Assembly (NCBI GenBank): GCA_025361465.1
Contig: JANYAG010000341.1
Location: 1-44,420, forward strand
Reading direction: 5' to 3'
Length of the DNA stretch: 44,420 nucleotides
From: Gemmatimonadota bacterium
GTDB lineage: Bacteria; Gemmatimonadota; Gemmatimonadetes; Gemmatimonadales; GWC2-71-9
Made by a program: the position numbers and the translations under genes. The first letter of the stretch is position 1; every line of letters begins with the position of its first letter. This document shows positions 30,205 through 39,524 of the stretch, one piece after another. The notes under the pieces were generated by a model, which saw only the letters and a program-made list of their open reading frames with translations, was not told where the DNA came from and did no database searches.

Positions 30205-30996
30205 TCAGGTCGCTCGTAGGACGTTGCCCCGCCAACTGGCTAGTCCCTTGATAACGTGGATGATCTCGGTGGCCACTGCGCCCGTGTCGTTGTCGAACGT
30301 CAGCACGACACAGCCATTTTGCCAGTTCGGGTCCGCGACATATTCCGGCGTCAGCGAGCAGCAGCAGCCCGTTTCAAGCCAGACGTGCGCCCCGTTGCGG
30401 TCGCGGCGGAAGTATTGCCCGAAGCGATGGGTATGCCCTGATGCGCCTGAGTAGTTGTACTTCTCCATCTCGCCGCGAGCGGTGTAGGCACTGTACTGCC
30501 GCACGACTTCGCCGTGCTTGAGGATGAACTTCGGCAGGAAGTTCTGGTTGCTCTGCTGGCTGTATTCGTGAAACTCGATGTGCAGGTCGTCGAGGCCCAG
30601 CAGGGAAGGCCAGGTCATCGCCTGCCGGAACGCGGTGAGCTTGTTCAGCGTGGCCGCTTCACTGCTCAGGTTCCAGAGCGTCCGGCGCAAGCGATCTTCG
30701 TGGTTGCCTTCGAGCAAGATGAAGCGGCTGTTCGGCACGATGCCGCGCATCTGCGCGAGATGCACCCGCGCCATGTCGATCTCGTCCTGCAACGTCTCGA
30801 TGCGGTGTGGGTCGTGGTCGAACCGAGACAGCGGATAGGCGTCGAGCAAGTCGCCCATATTGCACAGCACGTCGGGCTGGAGGACGTGGGCCACCTGACG
30901 CACGACCTCCAGGGTCGGCTCGTCCGGGTCCGGCAAGTGGCAGTCGCCGTACAGCAGCGCCTTGGTGATGCCGCCTGCCTTGGGTGTGGCGAACAC
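30205..30996 (-). CDS. calcineurin-like metallophosphoesterase
   Basis: The motifs YGDCH, MGDLLD, EGNHE and GHTH occur in canonical order. The frame is also open for 73 codons upstream of the GTG at 30996 (see findings). Confidence 0.85.
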   Translation of the reverse strand: MFATPKAGGITKALLYGDCHLPDPDEPTLEVVRQVAHVLQPDVLCNMGDLLDAYPLSRFDHDPHRIETLQDEIDMARVHLAQMRGIVPNSRFILLEGNHEDRLRRTLWNLSSEAATLNKLTAFRQAMTWPSLLGLDDLHIEFHEYSQQSNQNFLPKFILKHGEVVRQYSAYTARGEMEKYNYSGASGHTHRFGQYFRRDRNGAHVWLETGCCCSLTPEYVADPNWQNGCVVLTFDNDTGAVATEIIHVIKGLASWRGNVLRAT

Positions 30997-31284
30997 GGGT
31001 GGCGGGACGTGGATGCTCAGGGGGGCCAGTGCTGGCCGCAGGATGCGGTCAGGGTCGGCAAAGGTCTGGGCTGGGGGAGCGCCCCGCTGGTCGGCCAGCT
31101 TGCGGTATCGCTTCTGGGTCTGGTCTTTTGTGAGTCTCAGTGCGTCGGCTGCTGTCGAGAACGAGAACCCAAGTTCATCACGGAGATACAGGAGGCGATG
31201 GTCGATGTCGTGGATACATCCTCACAGGTGGTGTGTGTCCCTCAAAGATACACCGCTGTCAACGATTCACCAGACCGGCACGCG

Positions 31285-31683
31285 CTATATGGCGGCGGCC
31301 CTCCAGCCCCGGCGCTCGATGTGTCCGAAGTCCTTGAACGACCATCCAGACTGTATACTTGGGTGGGTGATCGTGTGGGCCTTGAGCCAGAGGTAGGGGG
31401 CTGACTTGCTCACCCAGTTCATCTGGAGGCCGTTTAAGGGGTTGTTGTCGAGGTCAGGCACCACATCCACGGCCAGCCCGAAGTTGTGGGCGCTGCGGCC
31501 CGGTGGGGCCGCCAGGGGGCCACCTGCAAGGTGCTGGGCATAGAGAACTTGCTGGACAGCCGGGGAGCGGTACGCCGACAGCACATACCACCCAAAGGGG
31601 GATGGGCCGAGTAGGGATTCCAGCTCCCCGGCAAACATCGGGTCCAGACCCTTCTGCGAGATACCCCGCCAGTAGAGGGCCAT
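31285..31683 (-). CDS. peptidase M15 (VanY / DD- or LD-peptidase) endolysin
   Basis: 132 aa from ATG 31683 (TAATG overlap). Zinc-ligand motifs SAHNFGLAVD (SxHxxGxAxD) and DFGHIE. Confidence 0.8.
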   Translation of the reverse strand: MALYWRGISQKGLDPMFAGELESLLGPSPFGWYVLSAYRSPAVQQVLYAQHLAGGPLAAPPGRSAHNFGLAVDVVPDLDNNPLNGLQMNWVSKSAPYLWLKAHTITHPSIQSGWSFKDFGHIERRGWRAAAI

Positions 31684-31976
31684 TACCGGGCCACCCCGAG
31701 CCTCTGGCAGTCCAGCCGCATCCGGGCGAAGTCGGCAGCCGGGATGCCTGGGTCGAGGCAGAGGTTGATGACCAGGGACTCCAGCATCGCGTTCTGCTTG
31801 GCCGTGAGACTGTCGTGGAGGGCGAGCTTCTGTTCGAGGACCAAGACACGGGCCGGGGTGTCGAATACGGCACTGGCTTTGAGTACCCCGGTCATCAGGA
31901 GGCAGGCGAGCGTGATACACAAGACGATCAGCTCAACGTTGGCCTTGAGGTGCTGGATCGTGGCGCGAGGGGACAT
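31683..31976 (-). CDS. single-TM protein next to the endolysin (holin- or spanin-like)
   Basis: 97 aa from ATG 31976. The TM segment is ELIVLCITLACLLMTGVL. Its stop overlaps the endolysin start. Confidence 0.45.
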   Translation of the reverse strand: MSPRATIQHLKANVELIVLCITLACLLMTGVLKASAVFDTPARVLVLEQKLALHDSLTAKQNAMLESLVINLCLDPGIPAADFARMRLDCQRLGVAR

Positions 31977-31978
31977 GG

Positions 31979-34900
31979 TTATTGCACTCCAAAGCGGGCC
32001 TTGAGACGATCCACGCGAGACATTTTGCCGGGGAGCGAACTCCCCATGCTGCTGCGTACCGAGGACATGACTTGCGAGAGGACGTACGCCTTCTGCCAAT
32101 CGGGAACCTTGGCGTACTGCGGAGAGGATATGACGGCCGCCATCTGCCGGTGCAGCATCGGGCCTTCACGGCTCACCACGTCGGCCACATCGGCGTCAGT
32201 GGCCCCCTGTCCAGACTTGCGCCGCCCGAGCGTGAGGCCCAGTCGGCTCATTTCGGCCTTGACGGGATCGGCCCCGCGCTGGTCATGGACGATCTTGACG
32301 GGATTGAAGAGCGCGTTCGCGGTGCCAGAGAAACCGGACTCCCGCTGTGCGGGGGCGCCGAACTGGTCGAGGCCACCCGGCTGGTCCTTCGAGAGTCCCG
32401 GCAGGCGTGACTGGAGGAAGCCGGAGACATCCGTGGGTTGACGGTAGCGCGGATCGCTGGCGCGGGCCACGGCGGCGAGTCCGGCCGACATTGGCACGAA
32501 GCCGCCCAGGATGTTGTCTGCAAACGACGCGGCAGGCTTGCCCGCAGGATCGTCGATGGCGTTGGTGACGGCCTTGATGCCCGTCAGGAACGGCTGGTCA
32601 GCCAGCGAGCGCACAATGGATGCGGCACCCGTACCGGCGAGCGCCAGCGGGTCTTTCCGTTCCGTGCCCTGCGCGAGCTTGTAGAGGTTCGCGCCCAGCA
32701 CCAACATCGTGCCGAGTGGCTGGAGCCGGGACACATCGAGGAACGTGTCGCCGACCTTGAGCGAGGCGTCCGGCACACCAAGCATCTGATTGGTCTGCTG
32801 CGTCACCTTGTCTTTCTTGTCGGTCTGTCCGGTCAGGATGCCGCTGGCTGCTGCGAGGTATCCCGCCGCGACGGCTGACGTGCCCACCATCCCGCGCCCG
32901 AACAGGCGAGCGGCTGACCGCTGCGCTTCGGCCGAGACGTCCTTGCCCCGGAGGGCTTTCTGGATGACGTTGACGACCTTGCCGGTTCCGGCGATGGCAC
33001 CGAAGGGCGAGTATTCCAGTGTCCGGGTTGCCACGGCACCCGGCGTCTTGGTGAAGGGCAGGACGTACCCCATGAGGTGCGACGACTTGCTCAGGCCACC
33101 GAGCGCGTTCCCCAGGAACGTCTTGTCCTGAAAGACGGCTTCCTCGGCATCCGAGATCGCCCGCAGGACCATGTGATCGTCGGGTGTGGCGAGCGCCACC
33201 TTGACGCGCTCTGCAAACGCTGGCCCCTTGAGGCGTTCTGAGGCGGCGAGCGCCCGTGCCTGATTGGCAAGGGACGCCTGATAGGCCGCCCCGCGAGACA
33301 CCTTGTCCTCGGCCGACAGTAGATTGAATACCGTGTTGACGTAGGTATCGAGGATCACGTTGTCGTAGTTCGTGCGCCGCCCGATGTCGTACTTCTCCAG
33401 CGCGGCGTTCTCGCCCTGTCCCTTGAGGATTCGCAACCCTTCGGCCACGCCATCACGGGCACCCTTGAGGCTCTGGCCCAACTCCTGAAAACTGGGAGCC
33501 GCCACGGTGCGCCGTCCGGCCGTATTGCCGCGCATCGCCAGAGACATCAGCTTGTCGGCAACCGCTGCCGGTGCGTTCTTCGCCGCTTCCATGCTGGCAA
33601 CCGTGAGGTTGCTGGACACATTGACGATGTGCGTTAGCGGGTTGGTCAGCAGGTTCGCTTTCCAGAACGTCTGGGTCTTTTCGCCGAACGTGGACTTGCG
33701 CTGCCGCATCAGGAGATCAACCAAGCCGTTCGTGTTCTTCTCGCCGACGAAGGCGTTGATCTTGGCCGTGATCGCATCGCCTTCCTTGGCCCACCGATCT
33801 CCGAGGATGTTCTTGGCCTTCATCATCCAGAAGAACGGGTCATCCACCCGGTTCGCCAGGATGCGGAGACTCTGGAGATCGCGGCCAGCGGCGCTGCGGC
33901 TCTTGATGAACCGCTGCAAAAGCTGGTCGTTCTGGTGGTCGAGTCCAGCGAGCTGCCCAGCGATGACAGTGCGCTCTGACTGCGGCAGCAGTGGATCAGC
34001 CAACCGCTTCACGGCGGCCGCCATGTTGTCGATGTTGGTTGTGACGACGTTGCGGATCGCCAGCATCTCGGCCCCGCTCATCCGGCGTACGTCGTCCGGC
34101 CGAACCTTTGTCACGTCGATCCCGATGGCTTGGGCGTGCTGCATGGTCTGTTCCCACGTCACCGGCTCGCGCAACTTCTCGCCACCCTGCTCGATGATGC
34201 GCGACACTTCCCCCGACAGCATCGCTTCGCCGGTCGGGTCTTGAGCGAACGTGCGAAGGGCAGGGTTCTCCTTGCCGGTGCTAGTGACTTCCCGCGCTGG
34301 CCCCACAAACTCCCGCACCTGGGGATTGGCGGGGCCGAGTGGGGTCGCGCCGGGCGTGACTACGGCATCGGGGGTCGGCGGCACCACGGGAGCTTCGGGG
34401 ACGACCGGCGCAGCCGGATCGGAGGGGGCTGGCACTTCCGCGCTCGCCACCTTCTTCTTGCCACGGCCGCCGACAGCGCCGAGTTCACTGCTGTTGGGGA
34501 GATCGAGTTCTGCCTGCTTGCTCTCACCACCGAGCTTGCCGAGGCCCGCGCCCGCTGCGGCACCCATCGCACCATACAATAGGGCGTTCTTGATGCGCTC
34601 GCCGGGCGTGTCGCCCTGCGTTGCCCCATACGCACCACCACCAATGCCGCCGGAGATGCCGCCCATGATCGGGACCGCACCGTGGCCTGCGGTGGCGAGC
34701 GCGGTTTGTCCGAGACTGGCCTCCATCGGACGGGCGTTAAACTCTTGAACCGCTGCCGCAAGGTCGGTTGGTGACATCTCATTGAGCTTGGGCGCTTCGG
34801 ACACCTTGCCCTTGAGGCCATGCAGGCCACCCTCGAACACGCCAGCCATCCCGGCCGACAGGGCAACGTTCTTGGCCAGCGCCTCCGCCTTGTCGCCCAC

Positions 34901-35527
34901 ATCGCCGTCTGTTTGCAGTGCCGCCTTGACATCCAGGGCCGGACCAACGCCGCCACCCAGGTAGTTTGCCGTGATCTTGCGGCCCAGGGACGCGCCTTCT
35001 TCGGGGAACAGTGTGCGCCCCACGGCCGACTTCCCCATACCCAGGCCGTCCAACGCCTTGCCCACCGTCCGGGTGCCCGCGGCAAACAGCGCCGCGTTGC
35101 CCACCAGATTCCCGGCGAAGCTGGCTATCGGGTGTTCCTGCTGGGCCGCCGCGTCCCGGCGAAGATTCTGTTCCAGCTCGGCCTTGTAGTCGGTGCCCTT
35201 GACCACGGAGCGCAGGGCCGAGGACGCCCGTTCCGTGAGGCCCGAGAGGCCGGTGCCTTCGTTGGCGGCTCGCAGTGCGGCCTCAAGGCCCGTGGTGGGC
35301 TTGTCCTTGTATTCCTGACTGTACCGCTCACCGTACTTGGTGGGTTGGTCTGGTGTGGCCCGCATGACACCGGGCGCGGCAATCTTCGGCCGGGGGTCGC
35401 GGGTGCGGGTGGCGTCCGTGCCGAAGCCGGGACGGTCGAGCAAGCCAACAGCCCCCTCGTCCGTTTTGTCGGAGGGGGTGTAGCTGGAGAGATTGGAGAG
35501 GAGACGGGTGAGGCGGGAGTCCGGCAT
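31979..35527 (-). CDS. 1182-aa internal virion / DNA-ejection-type protein
   Basis: Largest ORF and last of a chain of four TAATG-coupled Gln/Ala/Gly-rich proteins. It contains Gly-rich hydrophobic stretches (GGISGGIGGGAYG..GAMGAAAGAGLG). No tube, sheath or chaperone genes are nearby. Confidence 0.55.
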   Translation of the reverse strand: MPDSRLTRLLSNLSSYTPSDKTDEGAVGLLDRPGFGTDATRTRDPRPKIAAPGVMRATPDQPTKYGERYSQEYKDKPTTGLEAALRAANEGTGLSGLTERASSALRSVVKGTDYKAELEQNLRRDAAAQQEHPIASFAGNLVGNAALFAAGTRTVGKALDGLGMGKSAVGRTLFPEEGASLGRKITANYLGGGVGPALDVKAALQTDGDVGDKAEALAKNVALSAGMAGVFEGGLHGLKGKVSEAPKLNEMSPTDLAAAVQEFNARPMEASLGQTALATAGHGAVPIMGGISGGIGGGAYGATQGDTPGERIKNALLYGAMGAAAGAGLGKLGGESKQAELDLPNSSELGAVGGRGKKKVASAEVPAPSDPAAPVVPEAPVVPPTPDAVVTPGATPLGPANPQVREFVGPAREVTSTGKENPALRTFAQDPTGEAMLSGEVSRIIEQGGEKLREPVTWEQTMQHAQAIGIDVTKVRPDDVRRMSGAEMLAIRNVVTTNIDNMAAAVKRLADPLLPQSERTVIAGQLAGLDHQNDQLLQRFIKSRSAAGRDLQSLRILANRVDDPFFWMMKAKNILGDRWAKEGDAITAKINAFVGEKNTNGLVDLLMRQRKSTFGEKTQTFWKANLLTNPLTHIVNVSSNLTVASMEAAKNAPAAVADKLMSLAMRGNTAGRRTVAAPSFQELGQSLKGARDGVAEGLRILKGQGENAALEKYDIGRRTNYDNVILDTYVNTVFNLLSAEDKVSRGAAYQASLANQARALAASERLKGPAFAERVKVALATPDDHMVLRAISDAEEAVFQDKTFLGNALGGLSKSSHLMGYVLPFTKTPGAVATRTLEYSPFGAIAGTGKVVNVIQKALRGKDVSAEAQRSAARLFGRGMVGTSAVAAGYLAAASGILTGQTDKKDKVTQQTNQMLGVPDASLKVGDTFLDVSRLQPLGTMLVLGANLYKLAQGTERKDPLALAGTGAASIVRSLADQPFLTGIKAVTNAIDDPAGKPAASFADNILGGFVPMSAGLAAVARASDPRYRQPTDVSGFLQSRLPGLSKDQPGGLDQFGAPAQRESGFSGTANALFNPVKIVHDQRGADPVKAEMSRLGLTLGRRKSGQGATDADVADVVSREGPMLHRQMAAVISSPQYAKVPDWQKAYVLSQVMSSVRSSMGSSLPGKMSRVDRLKARFGVQ

Positions 35528-36654
35528 TAGAAGCCCTTGAGGATGCGTGCCCGATCCACGGCCGAGTACCCTTGCGTGACAAGTTCCTGCTCAATGACGG
35601 CCCGAGTCAGGTTCGGGTTCTGCTTGCGAGCGGCGGCGATACCGCCCTGCGCGTCGGCGACTTCCTCGTTACTGGCCGGTTCTGCCTGGGCCTGGACCTG
35701 CGGTTTTGCAGTGGGCTTGCCACCCACCCGGTCGATGAACGAACCGAAGTCGCCGTTCCCCCGTGGCATGGCCGGGAGCGGAGGCGGGCCACCCGATCCG
35801 TCGTCGTTGCCCCAGCGCGGCGGTGGCTTCATGCCCATGCTGCCGCTGTATTGGTACTCGAAGCGGTCACGGTTGGTGTTCGCGTCGGCGAGCCCTGCGC
35901 GAACCTCGGCCTGCACGGCTGGATCGTTCGGGTTGAGGCCCAACTGCTTTGCCGTGTCCAAGGACGCGGTGTACGCGTTCCTCGGGTCGCCACCCATCCC
36001 CACCGACACCGCACGCTTGATGTTGTCGGCCCGCAGACCCCGCGCAACAGTCTGGTTGTCGAGGCCGATACGACTGCCCTCAAGGCCAACCCGCTTGCTG
36101 TCGAGCGTGAAGCGACGGTCGCGGTCCTTCCCTGCGGCCACCCGATCTGCCTCGGCGGCCGCAAACTGCTCCCGGTCGCGGGTCGCTGCGTTGTCGGCCC
36201 GAATCTCGCTGGCCCGGTATCGCCGGTCGTTCGTGGCGTTGGTGTCCATCCGGTCAGCCGTCGCAAGCATCGGGGCGTAGTTGCTCCCCCGAGCATACGG
36301 CAGCGGCAGCGGGGCCGCCGTCTTGCGAATGGCCTGCCCGATGATCTTGCCCGCCGATCCCATGCCCGCCGGGGTGAGGTCAGCAGTGTCGCCGCCCGTC
36401 ATCTTCTCGGCGCCCTGAGCATCACCCTCGACACCCCGGTTCTGATGGCCGGTGATGGCCTGGAGCGCGTCATAGTTGCCGCGTTGCAGTGCCTCCTCGT
36501 CGGCGTCATGCTTGGCACGTTCGTCGGACGCGATCTTCCGGTCCTCGATCTGGAACCCGAGCTGGCGCTGCTTGTCCTTCTGCTGCTGTGACCACTGGTA
36601 TCCCTGCATCCCGCCATTCAACAGTCCGGCGAGCAACGCGGCGATGTCAGCCAT
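35527..36654 (-). CDS. internal virion-type protein (375 aa)
   Basis: ATG 36654 lies in a TAATG overlap. Gln/Arg/Asp-rich and low in complexity. Confidence 0.5.
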   Translation of the reverse strand: MADIAALLAGLLNGGMQGYQWSQQQKDKQRQLGFQIEDRKIASDERAKHDADEEALQRGNYDALQAITGHQNRGVEGDAQGAEKMTGGDTADLTPAGMGSAGKIIGQAIRKTAAPLPLPYARGSNYAPMLATADRMDTNATNDRRYRASEIRADNAATRDREQFAAAEADRVAAGKDRDRRFTLDSKRVGLEGSRIGLDNQTVARGLRADNIKRAVSVGMGGDPRNAYTASLDTAKQLGLNPNDPAVQAEVRAGLADANTNRDRFEYQYSGSMGMKPPPRWGNDDGSGGPPPLPAMPRGNGDFGSFIDRVGGKPTAKPQVQAQAEPASNEEVADAQGGIAAARKQNPNLTRAVIEQELVTQGYSAVDRARILKGF

Positions 36655-37856
36655 TAGGAGTTCCCCCACTGGTCGGCGTACCCTGGCCCTTGCTCCATTC
36701 GGTTCTGCCACTCCGTATAGCTCTCACCTGACCGCTGTGCCCACGGGTCGGTCGTCGGCCCGTTAATCGCAGGCGGCGGCGTGTAGTCGGACGGCGGCGG
36801 CGGAGCGGCGGCGTCAGCAGGTAGGGGCGTATAGCCCCCATCTGCTGTGCCGATCCCGTCAAGGCCCATCCACTTCGCAATGTCCAGCGCCCGGTCGTCC
36901 TTGTGGAACTCGCTTTGCTGTGCCTGGTTGGAGTCAAAGTGCGCGTTGTTCGCGTCGTAGTTCTTCTGCCACTGCTCCCGGCCCGTGTCGACCTCGCTCT
37001 TCTGAAGCCCGAACGTCCGATCAAACTGGTCCCGGCCCGTGCCAGCTACTTCCCGGTCGAAGTTCAGTTTCGAGTCGAACTGCTGGCCACCCTGCTTGAG
37101 CTGGTCGGCGGCGATCTTGCTGCTCACGTCCTGCCCGCGCGCCTGTACCATCAACGACGCCTGCGACTGCGCCTCCTGCTGATCCAGTCCCATCAACTGC
37201 AAGGCATTGGCGATAGACGCCGCCTTCGCCGCGTCGGCCTTGTCGGCCTGCTTGGTGAGCAGGGAATCCATTAGGGCGGTCTTGGCGCTGCGCTGACCCA
37301 CGTTCAGGTCAGCCGTGCGCCCACCCCGGATACTGGAGTCGGAGAGTCCACGTCCCGCCATCTCCTCGCCCAGTCGTGTCTGTTGCAAGGCAAAATCGTC
37401 GTCGATCCCCCGGCCGCCCACGTCGTACTCGTGCTGCATCGCCGCGCTGTCGTAGCTCGACTGCGGGTTCGCCAGCAGCGAGGTAATCCTTGCGCGCACC
37501 CCGGTCGTATCCGACGCCGGACTCGCCGAGTAGGGCGCCGGAGTCCGGGTGTAGTTGGAGTCGTAACTTGATGCCGCCGGAGCGGCGGGCGCGGGTACCT
37601 GTGGAGCCGGTCGGGCCTGTCCAGCGGCCTGTTGCTGGGCAAAGGTCTGCGTGGGGGCCGGGGCGGGAGCGACCTTGGCTGCCGCCTGACTGATCGCCGC
37701 CTGGGCCTGTGTCGCCTGGTCTGCGGGCTTGGCCGGGGGCGCGATGCCCGCCGCAGTAGCACTATACCCGTCCGCGATCTTCTTCTTGGCTTCCGAGTCC
37801 GTGGCTGGGGCGCTGGCCGGAGATGCCGAACTGCCGCCGTAAGTGAAGTCGGCCAT
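36654..37856 (-). CDS. internal virion-type protein (400 aa, Ala/Gln/Pro-rich)
   Basis: Intact ORF in the same coupled chain. Confidence 0.5.
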   Translation of the reverse strand: MADFTYGGSSASPASAPATDSEAKKKIADGYSATAAGIAPPAKPADQATQAQAAISQAAAKVAPAPAPTQTFAQQQAAGQARPAPQVPAPAAPAASSYDSNYTRTPAPYSASPASDTTGVRARITSLLANPQSSYDSAAMQHEYDVGGRGIDDDFALQQTRLGEEMAGRGLSDSSIRGGRTADLNVGQRSAKTALMDSLLTKQADKADAAKAASIANALQLMGLDQQEAQSQASLMVQARGQDVSSKIAADQLKQGGQQFDSKLNFDREVAGTGRDQFDRTFGLQKSEVDTGREQWQKNYDANNAHFDSNQAQQSEFHKDDRALDIAKWMGLDGIGTADGGYTPLPADAAAPPPPSDYTPPPAINGPTTDPWAQRSGESYTEWQNRMEQGPGYADQWGNS

Positions 37857-37857
37857 C

Positions 37858-38286
37858 TTATACCCCCATCAGTGGCGAGGCGGGGCGGGACCCGAACTTC
37901 TGCATCAACAGGGCGAGCATCTGCTTACGGTCGGGGTTCAGGTACGCCTGATCCCCGATGACGCGCCGCTTGTCGTCCTGTGACGAGACAAACGCCCGGT
38001 TACCCGCCTGCCTGTTGGTGTCCGCGACACGCGAGTTGAGGCCGTAGGTCTGTTGGTACTGCGCCTGATTCTGCGCGAGTTCCGCGTTGAACTGGCGCTG
38101 CTGTTCCTCGCGGGCTTTCGCGGCCTGCTTCGAGGCGGAACTGGCACCGAACAATCCAGCGATGCCGCTGATGATGGACGGGGCGGCGGCAGCAAGGAAC
38201 GGGAGTGGCATGGAGGAACCCACGGAGGAAGGAGAGGTGCCGGTGAACCTGGTGACGCCAGAGGTGTAGGCGAACGGATCGGCCAT
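37858..38286 (-). CDS. hypothetical virion protein (142 aa) with one hydrophobic segment
   Basis: The hydrophobic segment is LPFLAAAAPSIISGIAGLFGA. Intact ORF. Confidence 0.5.
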   Translation of the reverse strand: MADPFAYTSGVTRFTGTSPSSVGSSMPLPFLAAAAPSIISGIAGLFGASSASKQAAKAREEQQRQFNAELAQNQAQYQQTYGLNSRVADTNRQAGNRAFVSSQDDKRRVIGDQAYLNPDRKQMLALLMQKFGSRPASPLMGV

Positions 38287-38289
38287 GTA

Positions 38290-38568
38290 CTACTCGGTGC
38301 GGAAGGTGGCGTAATCGACGGTGGCGTTGGCGGGAGCAGCGGTGCCGAGGTTGATCGTGAAGCCGGTGGCGGTTTTTGCAGTGACCCAGGTGGTCGTGCC
38401 CCAGGACGGGGTGACACACACGCCGTACTGCCCATCCCGCTCGGTGCGGGGCAGCGTGATCGCCTTGGTGGTGGCCGTCACGGTGACGGGTACTGCCACC
38501 CCGTTGCCCGCTTGAGTCAGAAAGCGCAGCAGGAGACGGCGGGAGCGTTCCTCGTCCCGTGCGTCCAT
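38290..38568 (-). CDS. hypothetical small beta-rich protein (92 aa)
   Basis: Intact ORF directly downstream of the tail-fibre gene. Confidence 0.5.
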   Translation of the reverse strand: MDARDEERSRRLLLRFLTQAGNGVAVPVTVTATTKAITLPRTERDGQYGVCVTPSWGTTTWVTAKTATGFTINLGTAAPANATVDYATFRTE

Positions 38569-39524
38569 TATGCCACCATCGAGAAGAACAGAGAGAACTG
38601 AAGCTTGCGAAGCAAGGCGGTCGGGTTTATCACGTCAACGCAGAGCGATGCGCCAGCCGAGAGATAGACAAGGAAACTGGTTGTCGAACCCACCATCGTC
38701 CCATTAGCGCGCAGCATGGGGTGATGGGCAGGGACGACGTTTGTGCCGCCCCCGCTAGCCCAAAGAATCACTTGCCAGTTCTCGTTCGTCCCCGTGTCCC
38801 CAAAGTGACCGCTGACCGTGACATGGACAATGCCATCGACCCCGGAGGCGTTCGTGACGAACCCAGTGCCAGCGTTGTAGGTCAGCCCGGTCCCCGACAC
38901 AAGGGGTGTCCCGTTCGGTAGGAGCGTAGTGTCCTCCCCGTAAGGGAAATCTTGGTCTGTCGTGTGACCGACCATGACCGCCGACGCCGTGGGGACGTGG
39001 GGAAGCGCGACAAAGGCCAGCGTGCCCGTGCCATTGGTCTTGAGGTAGCCGTTGGCGACTTCAGCGACCGGGAAGGTGTAGGTGCGGCCCCCGAGCTTGA
39101 TCGTGCCGGTAAGTTCGAGTCCCGCCGCAAACACCGCCAGGCCACTCACGTTCAGCGTGCCGGTGATCGCCGAGTTGCCCGTGATGTTGGCGCCACCTCC
39201 GATTACCGCCCCGCCTGCGACCGTGATGCCGCCCGTGAAGCTGGGGGCCACCGCCGGGGCGTAGGCCACCTCGGCCCATGCCGCGCCCGTGTCGTAGTAG
39301 AGCTTCAGGGTGTCACTGCACAGCCACTTCCGCCCCACGGACCCGAAAGCCGGACGGGAAGCGAGAACACTGGACTGCACATGAACGCCCGTGTCGGCAT
39401 CGTGGGCGTTCAGCTTCGTGCGCGTGTTGTTGTCGTTGCCAAGCACGACCGTCGCATCACCCGTGCCGCCGTTGACTGGCGTGACGTATGCGGACTGCTG
39501 GTGCTGGCCTACCGTTTCCGCCAT
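38568..39524 (-). CDS. tail fibre protein
   Basis: 318 aa with a Gly-rich beta-strand repeat region. The block ...KLGGRTYTFPVAEVANGYLKTNGTGTLAFVA... is a motif I recognise as widespread in phage fibres. Confidence 0.65.
   Translation of the reverse strand: MAETVGQHQQSAYVTPVNGGTGDATVVLGNDNNTRTKLNAHDADTGVHVQSSVLASRPAFGSVGRKWLCSDTLKLYYDTGAAWAEVAYAPAVAPSFTGGITVAGGAVIGGGANITGNSAITGTLNVSGLAVFAAGLELTGTIKLGGRTYTFPVAEVANGYLKTNGTGTLAFVALPHVPTASAVMVGHTTDQDFPYGEDTTLLPNGTPLVSGTGLTYNAGTGFVTNASGVDGIVHVTVSGHFGDTGTNENWQVILWASGGGTNVVPAHHPMLRANGTMVGSTTSFLVYLSAGASLCVDVINPTALLRKLQFSLFFSMVA

Noticed and set aside
31979-35527. The 1182-aa protein as a tape-measure protein of a long-tailed phage.
   Set aside because: I see no tail tube, sheath, or frameshifted chaperone pair upstream. 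It is the last of four coupled low-complexity proteins that follow the tail fibre and a small 92-aa gene, and it precedes the lysis genes. This fits podovirus internal/ejection proteins better. That alternative call remains unverified.
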